Positions 1-10,197 of a stretch of DNA of 49,349 nucleotides are shown in pieces. A model generated the notes under the pieces. It had not been told where the DNA came from, did no database searches, and worked only from the letters and a program-made list of their open reading frames with translations. Every line of letters starts with the position of its first letter. Positions within the stretch are counted from its first letter, which is position 1. The position numbers and the translations under genes are program-made. This DNA is from a virus (Duplodnaviria > Heunggongvirae > Uroviricota > Caudoviricetes), in IMG/VR virus record IMGVR_UViG_2529292718_000007; one strand, given 5' to 3'.

Positions 1-1002
1 TTGGTTGCTGCGGTTGTGTCAGGGATGTTTACTGTCTTTATTAAAACAGACGCTCCTGATGGGCCAGTCGGTGAATCGGGTATCCCTCAGTACGAGCAGA
101 TCGATAACCATGATGATAACACCCAAGAAATGGGGAATGGCTCCATAGTAAGTTTGGGTGAAGGTGAGTCGATAGATACAGCAAATCCCGGGCGACCAAA
201 TACGGCATTTGATGGTTTTGTTGTCGCCATATGCCGTCAAATTGGGGCTGCTTTAGAACTCCCTTACGAACTCTTGGTAAAGCATTTTACAGCAAGTTAT
301 AGCGCAAGCAGGGCCGCATTACTTGAAGCCTGGAAAATGTTCCGTATGCGACGTGACTGGATGGTTCAGTCATTTTGCCAACCGATCTATGAGGAATGGT
401 TGGCCGAAGCCGTTGCTAAAGGTCGTGTTATTGCCCCTGGTTTTTTTTATGGGCCTGAATATCGCGCTGCATGGAGTGGCGCTCAATGGTATGGCCCATC
501 ACAAGGCCAATTAGATCCTCTTAAAGAAGTCAAAGCTGCAAAACTGCGTGTTGAGGAAACATTCTCTACCCGTGAAAAAGAAGCGGCTGAAATGTCAGGT
601 CTTAACTGGGAAGAAACCGCACAAATCTGTGGCAGAGAAGAGAATGCTCGCCGTGAGTTGGGGCTTATTACACCTCCTGTTTCTGAGGTAAATGAACAAA
701 ATATGGAGACTGATGATGCCTAATTGGTGGGAAATAAAAAATAGCACGGGTGAAGATGACTCTCCGGCTGAGCTTTTAATTTACGGGTATATTGGTGAAT
801 TTGATGAGGTTTCTTCTTCTGACATAGTTAATAAATTAAAGGATATTTCATCAAATACTATCAACGTAAAAATTAATAGTTATGGTGGTTCTGTTTTTAC
901 TGCTCAAGCTATTCTTTCATCATTAAAGCGTCATAAGGCGAATATTACGGTTTATATCGACGGGATTGCTGCATCGGCTGCAACTATTATTGCAATGGCG
1001 GG
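1..1002. repeat. Window-terminal direct duplication: 1-1002 identical to 48348-49349 (circular genome wrap; unit length 48,347 bp)
   Basis: Direct comparison of first and last ~1 kb; ORF 1..723 has the same 240 aa as the C-terminus of ORF 47496..49070. Confidence 0.95.
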
Positions 1003-1780
1003 TGATAAAATTATTATCCCATCTAATTCTATGATGATGATCCATAATCCGTGGACATTTGCTGCTGGCGATGCGGATGAATTGCGTGATATTGCTGAGA
1101 TGATGGATAAGATACGCAATAGTATTTTATCTGCATATAAGGAGAAAACAGGGCTTTCTGAGGATAAATTAATTGAACTAATGGATCAGGAAACATGGCT
1201 AAATGCAGAAGAGGCTGTAGAGCTTGGATTTGCTGACGAAGTTGAAAAACCAATACGCTTATCCGCTTCTATAAAGGAAGGGATGCTTTCGCTTAATGGA
1301 ATAACTTTTGAAGCATCAAGGTTTTCAAAATTACCTGATTCACTCGCAAAGTTGCCGCAAAATAAAAATGAGTTATCTACTGAATCAAATGAACAAAATG
1401 AGGACGATATTGTGACTCTTGATGAATTAAAAAATAAATATCCAGAATTATACAATCAGGTTTTTAATGCTGGTAAAGACGAGGGCGTTAAATCAGAACG
1501 CGAGCGCATTGAAACAATCGAGAATAGCGTGATTCCTGGTCATGACGACCTGGTTAAGAATGCAAAATTCAAAACAGGAGTTTCTGCGGCTGAACTTGCT
1601 TTGGAAATTATGAATGCAGAGCGAGCGCGTAACAAAAACTTTCTTAATCAACGGCAAGAAGACGCAAGTGAGGTGAATGATTCAGTTGATGTTAATCAAC
1701 CAGAAAACAACGGCAACAAACAGGCTGAAGCAGTAAAAAATGTTATTGGGTCAGTATTTAAAAACCGCGATAAAAATTAA
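692..1780 (+). CDS. Head maturation protease (ClpP-like, S14) with C-terminal scaffold-like domain
   Basis: 362 aa; ClpP-like core (NSYGGSVFTAQAI..., MMMIHNPW, LNAEEAVELGFADEV); acidic coiled C-terminus; start may be ATG 713/716; 5' end repeated at 49039..49349. Confidence 0.8.
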   Translation: MNKIWRLMMPNWWEIKNSTGEDDSPAELLIYGYIGEFDEVSSSDIVNKLKDISSNTINVKINSYGGSVFTAQAILSSLKRHKANITVYIDGIAASAATIIAMAGDKIIIPSNSMMMIHNPWTFAAGDADELRDIAEMMDKIRNSILSAYKEKTGLSEDKLIELMDQETWLNAEEAVELGFADEVEKPIRLSASIKEGMLSLNGITFEASRFSKLPDSLAKLPQNKNELSTESNEQNEDDIVTLDELKNKYPELYNQVFNAGKDEGVKSERERIETIENSVIPGHDDLVKNAKFKTGVSAAELALEIMNAERARNKNFLNQRQEDASEVNDSVDVNQPENNGNKQAEAVKNVIGSVFKNRDKN

Positions 1781-1789
1781 GGTGAGTTT

Positions 1790-2173
1790 ATGCGAGAGTC
1801 TTTTTCATTTGAACCAGATAATCTGATTATTTCTGGTGGTATGCCAGCAATTCCAACAAGTATTAAACTTGCCAGCGGTAAAGTAAAACGGGGTGAGCTA
1901 CTTGCTTTTGTCAGTATTGATCAGAAAACAAATGTTGTCACTGTGGCGCCAATAAATCTCTCTGGTGAAGGGGAGGCAAAAGAACCGTATTGTATCGCTC
2001 AACACAATATTGATGCGACTGATTCAGCGCAAGTCGGAACAGCATGGCTGACCGGAATGTTCAATGCACATGCGGTTATCCTTCCTGAATCAGCAAAAGT
2101 TGCCGATGTATATCTGGCTTGCCGGAAGGTTGGAATATTCCTTAATACCGCACAACAAAATCCATCTGCATAA
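1790..2173 (+). CDS. Head decoration protein (gpD-like)
   Basis: 127 aa small gene between protease and major capsid gene, lambda D position. Confidence 0.6.
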   Translation: MRESFSFEPDNLIISGGMPAIPTSIKLASGKVKRGELLAFVSIDQKTNVVTVAPINLSGEGEAKEPYCIAQHNIDATDSAQVGTAWLTGMFNAHAVILPESAKVADVYLACRKVGIFLNTAQQNPSA

Positions 2174-2193
2174 TATAAAGAGGTCGTATTTTT

Positions 2194-3237
2194 ATGCCGA
2201 ATATTGATATTTTTGAACGACGTACGATGCTTGAGCCTGTTATTCAGAATTTCAAGGCTCGTCGTTTTCTTCTTCGTACCTTTTTTCCTGGTGTTCAGAC
2301 CTTTAATACAAAGAAAGTTGATCTGGATTTTGTTCGCGGTGGCCGTACTATGGCTCCGTTTGTTGGTAAAGGTTTTGGCTCAAAAACCGTTGAGCGACGC
2401 GGCTTTGTAACGAGAACTCTGGAGCCACCACTTGTTGCACCTGATTTGGTAACAACAGCCGAGCTGCTTTTAAACAGGCTTCCGGGTGAGAATATTTACA
2501 ACGCAAAATCGCCAGCAGAACGAGCCGCCGAGCAATTAGGTAAAGATTTGCTTGAGCTTGATGAAATGGTTAACCGCCGTGAAGAATGGATGTGTGCACA
2601 AGTCTTGTTTACGGGGCAGGTTGATATTGTTGGTGAAGGAGTGGATGACACAGTTTATTTTTGGCCTGAAGAGGAAGGAGATAAACCATATCTTGAACTG
2701 ACAGGTGATGATTTATGGAGTGCAGCAAAATCAGATCCGTTAGTCAATGTTCGCAACTGGAAACGTCGGGTATCACTAACTTCAGGTTTTACACCTCGTG
2801 TTGCCGTAATGGGCGCAAAAGTTGTTGATGCCTTCGTTAAAAATGAAGCAGTAACTAAATATCTTGATAATCGCCGAAAAGAGCTTGGGTATATTGAGCC
2901 TAAAGAGTTAGAAGAAGGCGTAACTCATTATGGCAATCTTGAAGGTGTCGATTTTTATGGTTACGACGAACTTATTCGCAATGATAAAACAGGAAAACCT
3001 GAACCATTAGTACCGGAAGATAAGATCCTCTTTGGCTCTCCTGGTCGAGGAACGATGCTGTATGGTGCTGTAGAGCTTGTAGATGACGCCGAAAAGACTC
3101 TAACGATTGTTGAGTCACCACGAGTTCCAGACACCTGGGTAACTCGTAAGCCGGCTGGCCGTTATGTTGCCATGAAGTCATCTCCACTGCCTAATCCTGG
3201 TGTGGCTGATGCCTATCTGGTGGCTAAGGTGGTTTAA
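2194..3237 (+). CDS. Major capsid protein (lambda E family)
   Basis: 347 aa; size and position; N-terminal region resembles E-family capsid proteins. Confidence 0.8.
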   Translation: MPNIDIFERRTMLEPVIQNFKARRFLLRTFFPGVQTFNTKKVDLDFVRGGRTMAPFVGKGFGSKTVERRGFVTRTLEPPLVAPDLVTTAELLLNRLPGENIYNAKSPAERAAEQLGKDLLELDEMVNRREEWMCAQVLFTGQVDIVGEGVDDTVYFWPEEEGDKPYLELTGDDLWSAAKSDPLVNVRNWKRRVSLTSGFTPRVAVMGAKVVDAFVKNEAVTKYLDNRRKELGYIEPKELEEGVTHYGNLEGVDFYGYDELIRNDKTGKPEPLVPEDKILFGSPGRGTMLYGAVELVDDAEKTLTIVESPRVPDTWVTRKPAGRYVAMKSSPLPNPGVADAYLVAKVV

Positions 3238-3630
3238 ATGGCCAGACTGATTAAAAACATTGATACGATAAGCCACGGCTCGCTAAAAGCGGGCCGTTTG
3301 CTTAATGGGCTAATGGATAACTCCAGAATTGCCGAACTGATTGCGTCAGGACATGCTATTGCCACCGAAGAGGATGGTGATTTGGCATCGGCTGGGGGCT
3401 ATGATGCTGCTAAGTTAGCTTTTGAGCATGGATACGCATCTGCTGTTAATGATGCTGTGGACGCGGGGTTGATTACGCGAACGGAGGCGGGTAGCTGTGT
3501 ATTCGAGGTTGAGTTTGAGGATGATGGCGGCAATGAGGAAATGGTTGCTGATGATTCATCTGAATCTGTAGCTACTTCTGATACCAGTAATGCGAAAAAA
3601 TCAACGCAAAAAAAAGGTAATAAGAAGTAA
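3238..3630 (+). CDS. Hypothetical acidic head-associated protein
   Basis: 130 aa ORF abutting capsid gene; acidic C-terminus. Confidence 0.4.
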   Translation: MARLIKNIDTISHGSLKAGRLLNGLMDNSRIAELIASGHAIATEEDGDLASAGGYDAAKLAFEHGYASAVNDAVDAGLITRTEAGSCVFEVEFEDDGGNEEMVADDSSESVATSDTSNAKKSTQKKGNKK

Positions 3631-3974
3631 TGAACTCCTTCAAAGAGGTTATAGCGCAAGATATTTCTGCAATATTCCTCAATGAAAAAGAGTTTGCCGA
3701 TACATATAACATAGACGGCAAGGATATCCTTGCCGTTATTGATACAGACCTTATTCATGAGCGGAATAAACGCTCATATGCTGAGTTTGCAGAGGGAATA
3801 AATCAGGGGCAAATAATATTATTTGTTTCAAGAAAAGATTTTCCTGTTCTCCCTGTCAAAGACCAGTCAATGAAAATCAACGGTAAAAATTATATTGTTG
3901 ATGAAGTATCAGATAATGTTGGTGTATTGGAAATAACTCTCACTGTTAATACTAACAGAGGAATGCCGATTTGA
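3630..3974 (+). CDS. Putative head-tail adaptor/connector protein
   Basis: 114 aa; position between head and tail genes; start overlaps upstream stop. Confidence 0.4.
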   Translation: MNSFKEVIAQDISAIFLNEKEFADTYNIDGKDILAVIDTDLIHERNKRSYAEFAEGINQGQIILFVSRKDFPVLPVKDQSMKINGKNYIVDEVSDNVGVLEITLTVNTNRGMPI

Positions 3975-4456
3975 TTAATCTTTTGATAGATGCAATAAAA
4001 AATCGGTTGGAACATGAGGTTTTCCATGATTTATTAGTGCAGGGGCCTCCTTATGATGAAACAGACAGCGATATTAAATTGTTTGTTCCAACAATATTTA
4101 AAGGGTACTTGCCTCCTAAATCACAACCATCTCCAGATAAACCGCCAGAATTTCCTCATGTGATTATCAGGCCCACGGAAGGAGGAATGCAGCCTGAAAC
4201 GGATGAAGTTAAGGTTAAGTTTCTTCTAGGTGGTTTTTGTGAGGACCATACTGGATATGAATGGGTAATGGCTCTTCTTGAAAGGATGATGTTTCATTTT
4301 CAGGAGAAGCCTTTACTTGAAGAGAAATTTCTCTTTCAGGGTGATATCAGATGGCGAATGTTTGATGATCAACCATATCCATATTGGATAACGGAAGCAA
4401 CTGGAACGTGGCTAGTATTAAAGCCTCAGAATATTCAGTCTCAGGAGTTTATCTAA
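3971..4456 (+). CDS. Putative head closure / tail completion protein
   Basis: 161 aa; overlapping start/stop in morphogenesis operon. Confidence 0.35.
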   Translation: MINLLIDAIKNRLEHEVFHDLLVQGPPYDETDSDIKLFVPTIFKGYLPPKSQPSPDKPPEFPHVIIRPTEGGMQPETDEVKVKFLLGGFCEDHTGYEWVMALLERMMFHFQEKPLLEEKFLFQGDIRWRMFDDQPYPYWITEATGTWLVLKPQNIQSQEFI

Positions 4457-4747
4457 ATGGCTAATAAGAAAAGTAGTAAAGAAGATATAGAAAAGAAGGA
4501 AGATGTTGCTCAAACATTTGTATATATAGGGCCAACAATCCCTCAACTCTCAATTTTGAAGCATAAACTATTTAAGAATGGCTTATCTCCAGAGTGTGAA
4601 AAATTAATATCACATATTCCTGGTGCAAAGTGTTTGTTTGTGGCAACCAGTGATTTTTCAGATGCAGAAAAAAGACTTTCTGATAAAACCAGTGTCGAGT
4701 ATGTAATGTACTCTAGAGTTTCTTCTTCTATCATGGAGATTAAATAA
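4457..4747 (+). CDS. Hypothetical virion-module protein
   Basis: 96 aa ORF immediately upstream of tail sheath gene. Confidence 0.35.
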   Translation: MANKKSSKEDIEKKEDVAQTFVYIGPTIPQLSILKHKLFKNGLSPECEKLISHIPGAKCLFVATSDFSDAEKRLSDKTSVEYVMYSRVSSSIMEIK

Positions 4748-6210
4748 TGGGATATCGCCACGGTATTTATATATCTGAGCTGGCTACATCTATAACTCCT
4801 CCAGTACAAGTTAGTGCTGGGTTGATTGTCGCATTTGGTACAGCTCCTGTTAATCAGTTAGAAGATCCAGCCTCAGCGGTAAATAAACCTATCATTGCTT
4901 ATACATACGCAGAGGCCGTATCTAAAATAGGATATAGCACAAACTTCGAGAAATATACTTTAAGCGAAGTAATTAAAGTCGCATTTGGAATATATGGTGT
5001 TGCGCCAGTTGTATTTATCAATGTGCTTGATCCAGCAAAGCATAAGAAAGACGTAACTGATGAGGTAGTAAAACTTTCTGGCGGGAAAGGTACGCTCTCT
5101 AACGATGGTGTCTTATATAAATCTGTTGTTGTGAAAAAAGCAGATGGTGATTCTCCAGGGTTAACGGTTGATACAGATTATGTACTGGCGCTGGATGATA
5201 ATGGCTATACGGTCATTACCGCTATTAGCGGAGGAAAAGTTACTGAAAAAGACGCCACTCTTAAGGTTAGTTATACGTATCTTGATCCCGGGGCTGTAAC
5301 TAAAAACGATATTATTGGTGGCGTGGATTCCAACACTAAAGCGAATACGGGGCTTGAGTTACTGTCGGATGTTTATCCCCGCTTCAAACTAGTTCCAGGA
5401 CAAGTGATTGCGCCTGGATTTAGTTCTGATAGTGAAGTTGGCCAGCTAATGGCGGCTAAAGCTGCGCTGATTAGTGAATTGTTCAAAGCAGAAGCTATCA
5501 CCGATGCGCCGACTGATAAATCTACTATCAGTGATTATTCTGCTGTTCCTGAATGGAAGCAGAACAATAATCATATGGCAGCTAACCAGACAGTGTGCTG
5601 GCCGATGGTGAAACTTGGTGACAATATTTACCATCACTCAACCCATTTAGCGGCAGCAACATGCTTGCTGGATAGTCAGTATGGTGATATTCCATCACGT
5701 TCTCCGTCAAATATAAAACTACAGATGGACGGTGCTGTACGTAAAGATGGCAGTGAGGTATGGCTTAACATTAGCCAGGCAAACTACTTAAATGGACAGG
5801 GGATTGTAACAAGCCTTAATTTTGATGGTTGGAAATCATGGGGAAACCGTAATGCTATTTATCCAACATCTACAGACCCCAAAGACGCATTTCGTGTTTG
5901 CCGACGTATGTTTAACTGGGTGGGTAATACGTTAATTCTTTCGCATTGGTCAAAAATAGACAATCCTGCAAACCGTCGATTAATTGAATCGATTGTTACT
6001 AGTGCGAATATTTGGCTTAACGGCCTCACTGGTAATCAGGATATTGCAGGTGGTGTTGTTACCTTTGATCAGTCTGAAAACACGATTACGTCATTGATGG
6101 ACGGGATTGTTAAATTCCATGTGAAAATGACACCATTCTCACCTGCCAGAGATATAGAGTTCGTCATGGAATATAATCCTGATTATCTGCTGAACTTGTT
6201 TTCTGAATAA
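4747..6210 (+). CDS. Contractile tail sheath protein
   Basis: 487 aa; size and position before tube gene; Mu L/P2 FI-like. Confidence 0.85.
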   Translation: MGYRHGIYISELATSITPPVQVSAGLIVAFGTAPVNQLEDPASAVNKPIIAYTYAEAVSKIGYSTNFEKYTLSEVIKVAFGIYGVAPVVFINVLDPAKHKKDVTDEVVKLSGGKGTLSNDGVLYKSVVVKKADGDSPGLTVDTDYVLALDDNGYTVITAISGGKVTEKDATLKVSYTYLDPGAVTKNDIIGGVDSNTKANTGLELLSDVYPRFKLVPGQVIAPGFSSDSEVGQLMAAKAALISELFKAEAITDAPTDKSTISDYSAVPEWKQNNNHMAANQTVCWPMVKLGDNIYHHSTHLAAATCLLDSQYGDIPSRSPSNIKLQMDGAVRKDGSEVWLNISQANYLNGQGIVTSLNFDGWKSWGNRNAIYPTSTDPKDAFRVCRRMFNWVGNTLILSHWSKIDNPANRRLIESIVTSANIWLNGLTGNQDIAGGVVTFDQSENTITSLMDGIVKFHVKMTPFSPARDIEFVMEYNPDYLLNLFSE

Positions 6211-6226
6211 ATAATAGGAGGTTGCT

Positions 6227-6748
6227 TTGAGCAATCAAATTCCTGAGAGACTTATTAACTTTACAGTATACGGTGAAGGAAACCGTATTATCGGTGTTGC
6301 TGACGCAAAGCTGCCATCAATTGAGATGATGACAGAAACTGTTAGTGGTGCAGGTATCGCTGGAGAGCTTGAGAGCGGAACGCTGGGGCATTTCAAACCA
6401 ATGACTGTCTCTCTTAAATGGCGAACTCTGACCTCTGCTGGTACAAAATTATTTCTATCCTCATCGCATCAGGTAGATTTTCGCGGTAGCCAGCAGGTTT
6501 ATGATGCAGGAACAGGAAAATATAAAACGGTTCCTATTCGGGCTTCAATGAAGCTAAACCCTAAAAAACTGGATTTAGGTTCGCTACAGGTAGCAAAGGC
6601 CACTGATTCAGAAAATGAATTCGAAGTTCTCTATATCAAATTATTTATTGATGGGAAAGAAGTCTTAGAAATTGATAAGTTGAACTTTATTTGTATCTTT
6701 GATGGCGAAGATATATTAAAAACTGTTCGTGATGATTTAGGTTTATAA
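6227..6748 (+). CDS. Tail tube protein
   Basis: 173 aa directly after sheath; P2 FII/Mu tube size. Confidence 0.8.
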   Translation: MSNQIPERLINFTVYGEGNRIIGVADAKLPSIEMMTETVSGAGIAGELESGTLGHFKPMTVSLKWRTLTSAGTKLFLSSSHQVDFRGSQQVYDAGTGKYKTVPIRASMKLNPKKLDLGSLQVAKATDSENEFEVLYIKLFIDGKEVLEIDKLNFICIFDGEDILKTVRDDLGL

Positions 6749-6757
6749 GGTGAAAAA

Positions 6758-7039
6758 ATGGAAACCGTTAAATTAAGTAAAGAATATCGTTTTGAAGACT
6801 TTGAGCCAGTGACTGAACTCAACCTTGATTTAGACAACCTAAAAGGCAGTGATATTTTAGAGGTATCGGACTTACTGCAATCTCAAGGGCATGTTTCAGT
6901 TCAAACATCACTTGATAATAAAGTCCATGCAGCCTTGGCTGCTCGCTGTATTGGTCGTCCAATAGAGTATCTGAATGGATTACCAGCGAAAGACTTTGTT
7001 AAAGTTTGTCAAAAGGTACAGAATTTTTTGCTCTCGTAG
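6758..7039 (+). CDS. Tail assembly chaperone (short form)
   Basis: 93 aa between tube and tape measure; ends just after slippery T_TTT_TTG. Confidence 0.7.
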   Translation: METVKLSKEYRFEDFEPVTELNLDLDNLKGSDILEVSDLLQSQGHVSVQTSLDNKVHAALAARCIGRPIEYLNGLPAKDFVKVCQKVQNFLLS

Positions 7040-7188
7040 GTTTTGATGAGCAAAAACCTATTGATAAGCAAATAATGAGGGCCGCGAGTTCTCTATCTCA
7101 ATCATCTCAATCAACACCTATATCCTACTGGCTTTCGCTTCGGTTGAGGCGAATCGTCGCATGGATTGACGTGTTTAATGAGGATTAA
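6758..7188 (+). CDS. Tail assembly chaperone, predicted -1 frameshift-extended form
   Basis: Slippery heptamer T_TTT_TTG at 7024..7030 in zero frame; -1 frame continues as ORF 7006..7188 to just before tape measure. Confidence 0.55.
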
Positions 7189-7193
7189 TACTA

Positions 7194-9986
7194 ATGGCCA
7201 GCAATAAGAACTTTAAGCTGGCTTTTGAAATTGGCGGCAAAGTTGCCGCCTCTCTCCCCAAAAGTTTTACTACAGCTAATCAGGCTGTTGCTAAATTAAA
7301 TGCCGAGCTTGCTGGATTAACGAAAGAACATGGGGAAATTCAAAAGCTACAATCTGTAAAAGTAAAGGTTGGACAGACTGCCCTCGAATATCATAAAGCT
7401 GCCGCTCGCGTTGAAGAGTTACAGAAGCAAATAAAAAACACGGCCAATCCAACCAGAGCGATGCTTCGTGACTTTGAGAAGGCAAAAACACATTCATCGA
7501 ATTTACGAGCATCACTACGTTCTCAGCGTGAAGAACTGGCCGCTTTAAAGTCTGCCTATCAGGGAGCTGATACATCTGCCAGAGCTTTGGCCTCAAGAGA
7601 GAAAGAGCTTAAAGCCAGCATTGATCGTAATCGTGAGGCTCAGGCCCGTAGCGTTGAGCAGGTTAACCGCTACAGAACGGCTTTGGCTTTAGCCAGAGCA
7701 AATGTTCAGCAAGTGAAAAAACAGCAGGAGGAACTTAACCGGGCATTAGAAAAACAACGTATTGATAAAATTAACAGCTATAAAAATGCGTTGGCTGAAG
7801 CACGGAAAAATGTTCTTGCAGTAAAACGTGCTCAGGAGGAGTTAAACCGCGCGTTGGAAAGGCAGCGTGAATTGAAGCGAGAGCATCTTGGTGAGGCAAA
7901 GAGTCAACTTGTAAGGTCAGGATTACAAACTGGTGCTGTAGCGGCTGGTGCATTTGCTGCTGCTAACAATGCAGCAAATTTCAATCGTGAAAACAAAATG
8001 ATTGGTCTTACGGCAGATATGAAGCCGGAAGAAGTTCAGGCGATGGGGCAGGCGATGCTTGTTACCGGAACGGCTACCAACCAGTTTGCATCTGATATTC
8101 AGGCCGCTCAGGGTTTTCTCGTAGCTGCTGGGCAGGATTATAAAGAGGCTCAGGCGAATCTACTAACTATTGGGCGAACAGCTACAGCTACTGGCTCTGA
8201 TATCCTCGATGTCTCGAAAGCATCATTTACATTAAGTGACTCATTGAAGATTGATCCATCTCAAATGAAGTCTGCAATGGGGATTCTGGTTCAGGCAGGG
8301 AAAGAGGGGAACTTTGAATTTAAAGATATGGCCAAAAATCTTCCTGTGCTTGGTGCTCAGTTCCAGGCATTAAAAATGGGAGGTAAAGAAGCAGCCGCGA
8401 CGATGGGTGCAGCTTTGCAGATAGCTCGCAAGGGGGCTGCAACTTCGGATGAGGCTGCTAATAATATGAACAACTTTTTGGCAAAAATACTTTCCCCTGA
8501 AACACTAAAAAAAGCAAAGAAAAATTTCGGTGTAGATTTATATAAAATTGTTACAACAGCGCAGAAAAAAGGGAAGAATCCATTCGAAGCTGCAATGCAT
8601 TCTGTCATGAAAATGACTAAGAACGGAGATCAGAAGTTACTTGGTGAACTATTTGGCGATATGCAGGTTCAGAACTTTGTTCGTCCGATGATTCAAAACT
8701 GGAAGGAATACCAGAGAATCAAAGCAACATCTCTTGGAGCTGGAAGTGCTGTTATTGACCGCGATTTTGCCAACATAACGAAAGATAATGCGGAGCGATT
8801 GAAACAATTACGTATTCAGGCTAGCAATGCATCATTAAGTTTTGGTCAGGCCTTGCAACCTGCTTTGAATGCCGCGCTTAGTGTTTTGGTTCCGCTGATT
8901 ACAAAAATTAGTGAATTTGTAGCTAACAACCCCAATTTTGTGTCTCAGATAGTGATGGCGGCAGGTGCGTTTCTAACCATGAAAAGTGTGGTTATAGCGT
9001 GTAGGGTAGCTATGCTGGCTTTATCTGTAGCGACAAAGCTAACACCCTTCGGGTGGATTCAGATGGCTATATCTGCGCTGGTTGCCGCAGGAATATTGCT
9101 CTATCAGAATTGGGATAAGATCAGAGATTATGCTGTCAGAGTTTGGCCTTCTGTTAAGGAATATACAGTTAAATCATTTGAGGCTATAAAAAACTTTATC
9201 TTAAACTTTGACCTCAATGGATGGATTATATCTATGTTTGGTAAAGCATGGGATTATCTTTCCAACATAAACTGGAGTTCGGCAGGTGTAAGAATTTACA
9301 GTACATTAATTAGTGCTTTTAAATGGATGTCTCCGCTTCCGTTCTTAATTAAAGCATTTAAAATTACAACAAATTACCTTTCTGGCATTAACTGGAGCGA
9401 AACAGGAAAGAAAATCATAGATACACTGGTATCTGTTTTTATGCGTTTTTCACCAGTTGGACTCTTTATAAGAGCATTCCAATCTGTAACGACTTATTTA
9501 TCTGGAATAAACTGGAGTGAGTCAGGCGCAAAAATAATTGAGACGTTAATCACTGGGATAAAATCAAAAGCAAATGCTTTAATTAATGAAGTGAAAGGCG
9601 TTTTTTCTTCTGTACGTGAGTATTTACCGTTCTCTGACGCGAAAAAAGGTCCATTCTCACAGCTAACAAAGTCAGGTGGTGCAATAATGACTACTCTGGC
9701 ATCAGGTGTTAGCAGGAATAACAGCTTACAGAATGCAATAGCAAGCAAGTTCGGGCAATCAAATTTATCACCTCACGGGATATCTGCCGCCGGGACTTCT
9801 GGACCTCGCCAGAACGTTAACGCTGTGACTGGTGGAATAACCTATTCACCTGTAATCAATCTTCCGGCTGGTTCACCAAAGGAAACTGAGGCGGCAGCTA
9901 AAAGAGCATTAGATGCGGGATATTCTGATTTTGAGAAGAAATTGAGTGCTCATATGTTCCAACAACGGAGATTAAGTTTTGGATGA
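7194..9986 (+). CDS. Tail tape measure protein
   Basis: 930 aa; coiled-coil N-terminal region with repeated QEELNRALE segments, hydrophobic central region; position. Confidence 0.85.
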   Translation: MASNKNFKLAFEIGGKVAASLPKSFTTANQAVAKLNAELAGLTKEHGEIQKLQSVKVKVGQTALEYHKAAARVEELQKQIKNTANPTRAMLRDFEKAKTHSSNLRASLRSQREELAALKSAYQGADTSARALASREKELKASIDRNREAQARSVEQVNRYRTALALARANVQQVKKQQEELNRALEKQRIDKINSYKNALAEARKNVLAVKRAQEELNRALERQRELKREHLGEAKSQLVRSGLQTGAVAAGAFAAANNAANFNRENKMIGLTADMKPEEVQAMGQAMLVTGTATNQFASDIQAAQGFLVAAGQDYKEAQANLLTIGRTATATGSDILDVSKASFTLSDSLKIDPSQMKSAMGILVQAGKEGNFEFKDMAKNLPVLGAQFQALKMGGKEAAATMGAALQIARKGAATSDEAANNMNNFLAKILSPETLKKAKKNFGVDLYKIVTTAQKKGKNPFEAAMHSVMKMTKNGDQKLLGELFGDMQVQNFVRPMIQNWKEYQRIKATSLGAGSAVIDRDFANITKDNAERLKQLRIQASNASLSFGQALQPALNAALSVLVPLITKISEFVANNPNFVSQIVMAAGAFLTMKSVVIACRVAMLALSVATKLTPFGWIQMAISALVAAGILLYQNWDKIRDYAVRVWPSVKEYTVKSFEAIKNFILNFDLNGWIISMFGKAWDYLSNINWSSAGVRIYSTLISAFKWMSPLPFLIKAFKITTNYLSGINWSETGKKIIDTLVSVFMRFSPVGLFIRAFQSVTTYLSGINWSESGAKIIETLITGIKSKANALINEVKGVFSSVREYLPFSDAKKGPFSQLTKSGGAIMTTLASGVSRNNSLQNAIASKFGQSNLSPHGISAAGTSGPRQNVNAVTGGITYSPVINLPAGSPKETEAAAKRALDAGYSDFEKKLSAHMFQQRRLSFG

Positions 9987-10197
9987 TTATAGAACGGTTC
10001 AAGGGGACTCATGGGATAGTATCGCTTTAAAGTTGTATGGTAATGAGTACCTGTCTTATCTTCTTATTGATGCTAATACTGAGCACCGCTTTACGGTGCT
10101 TTTTTCTGCGGGAATTATTCTTAAAGTTCCTGATGCTCCGGTTATGCCAATATCAGTAAACAATTTTCCTCCGTGGAGACGCAATAGTGTTACGTAA
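9979..10197 (+). CDS. Tail protein X-like (LysM-like)
   Basis: 72 aa; QGDSWDSIALKLYG pattern resembles P2 gpX; position after tape measure. Confidence 0.6.
   Translation: MDDYRTVQGDSWDSIALKLYGNEYLSYLLIDANTEHRFTVLFSAGIILKVPDAPVMPISVNNFPPWRRNSVT

Noticed and set aside
7291-9748. Minus-strand ORFs inside the tape measure gene (7291..7596, 7771..7953, 8357..8608, 9494..9748)
   Set aside because: Fully embedded antisense to a long, well-supported CDS; no independent start signals or recognisable domains.
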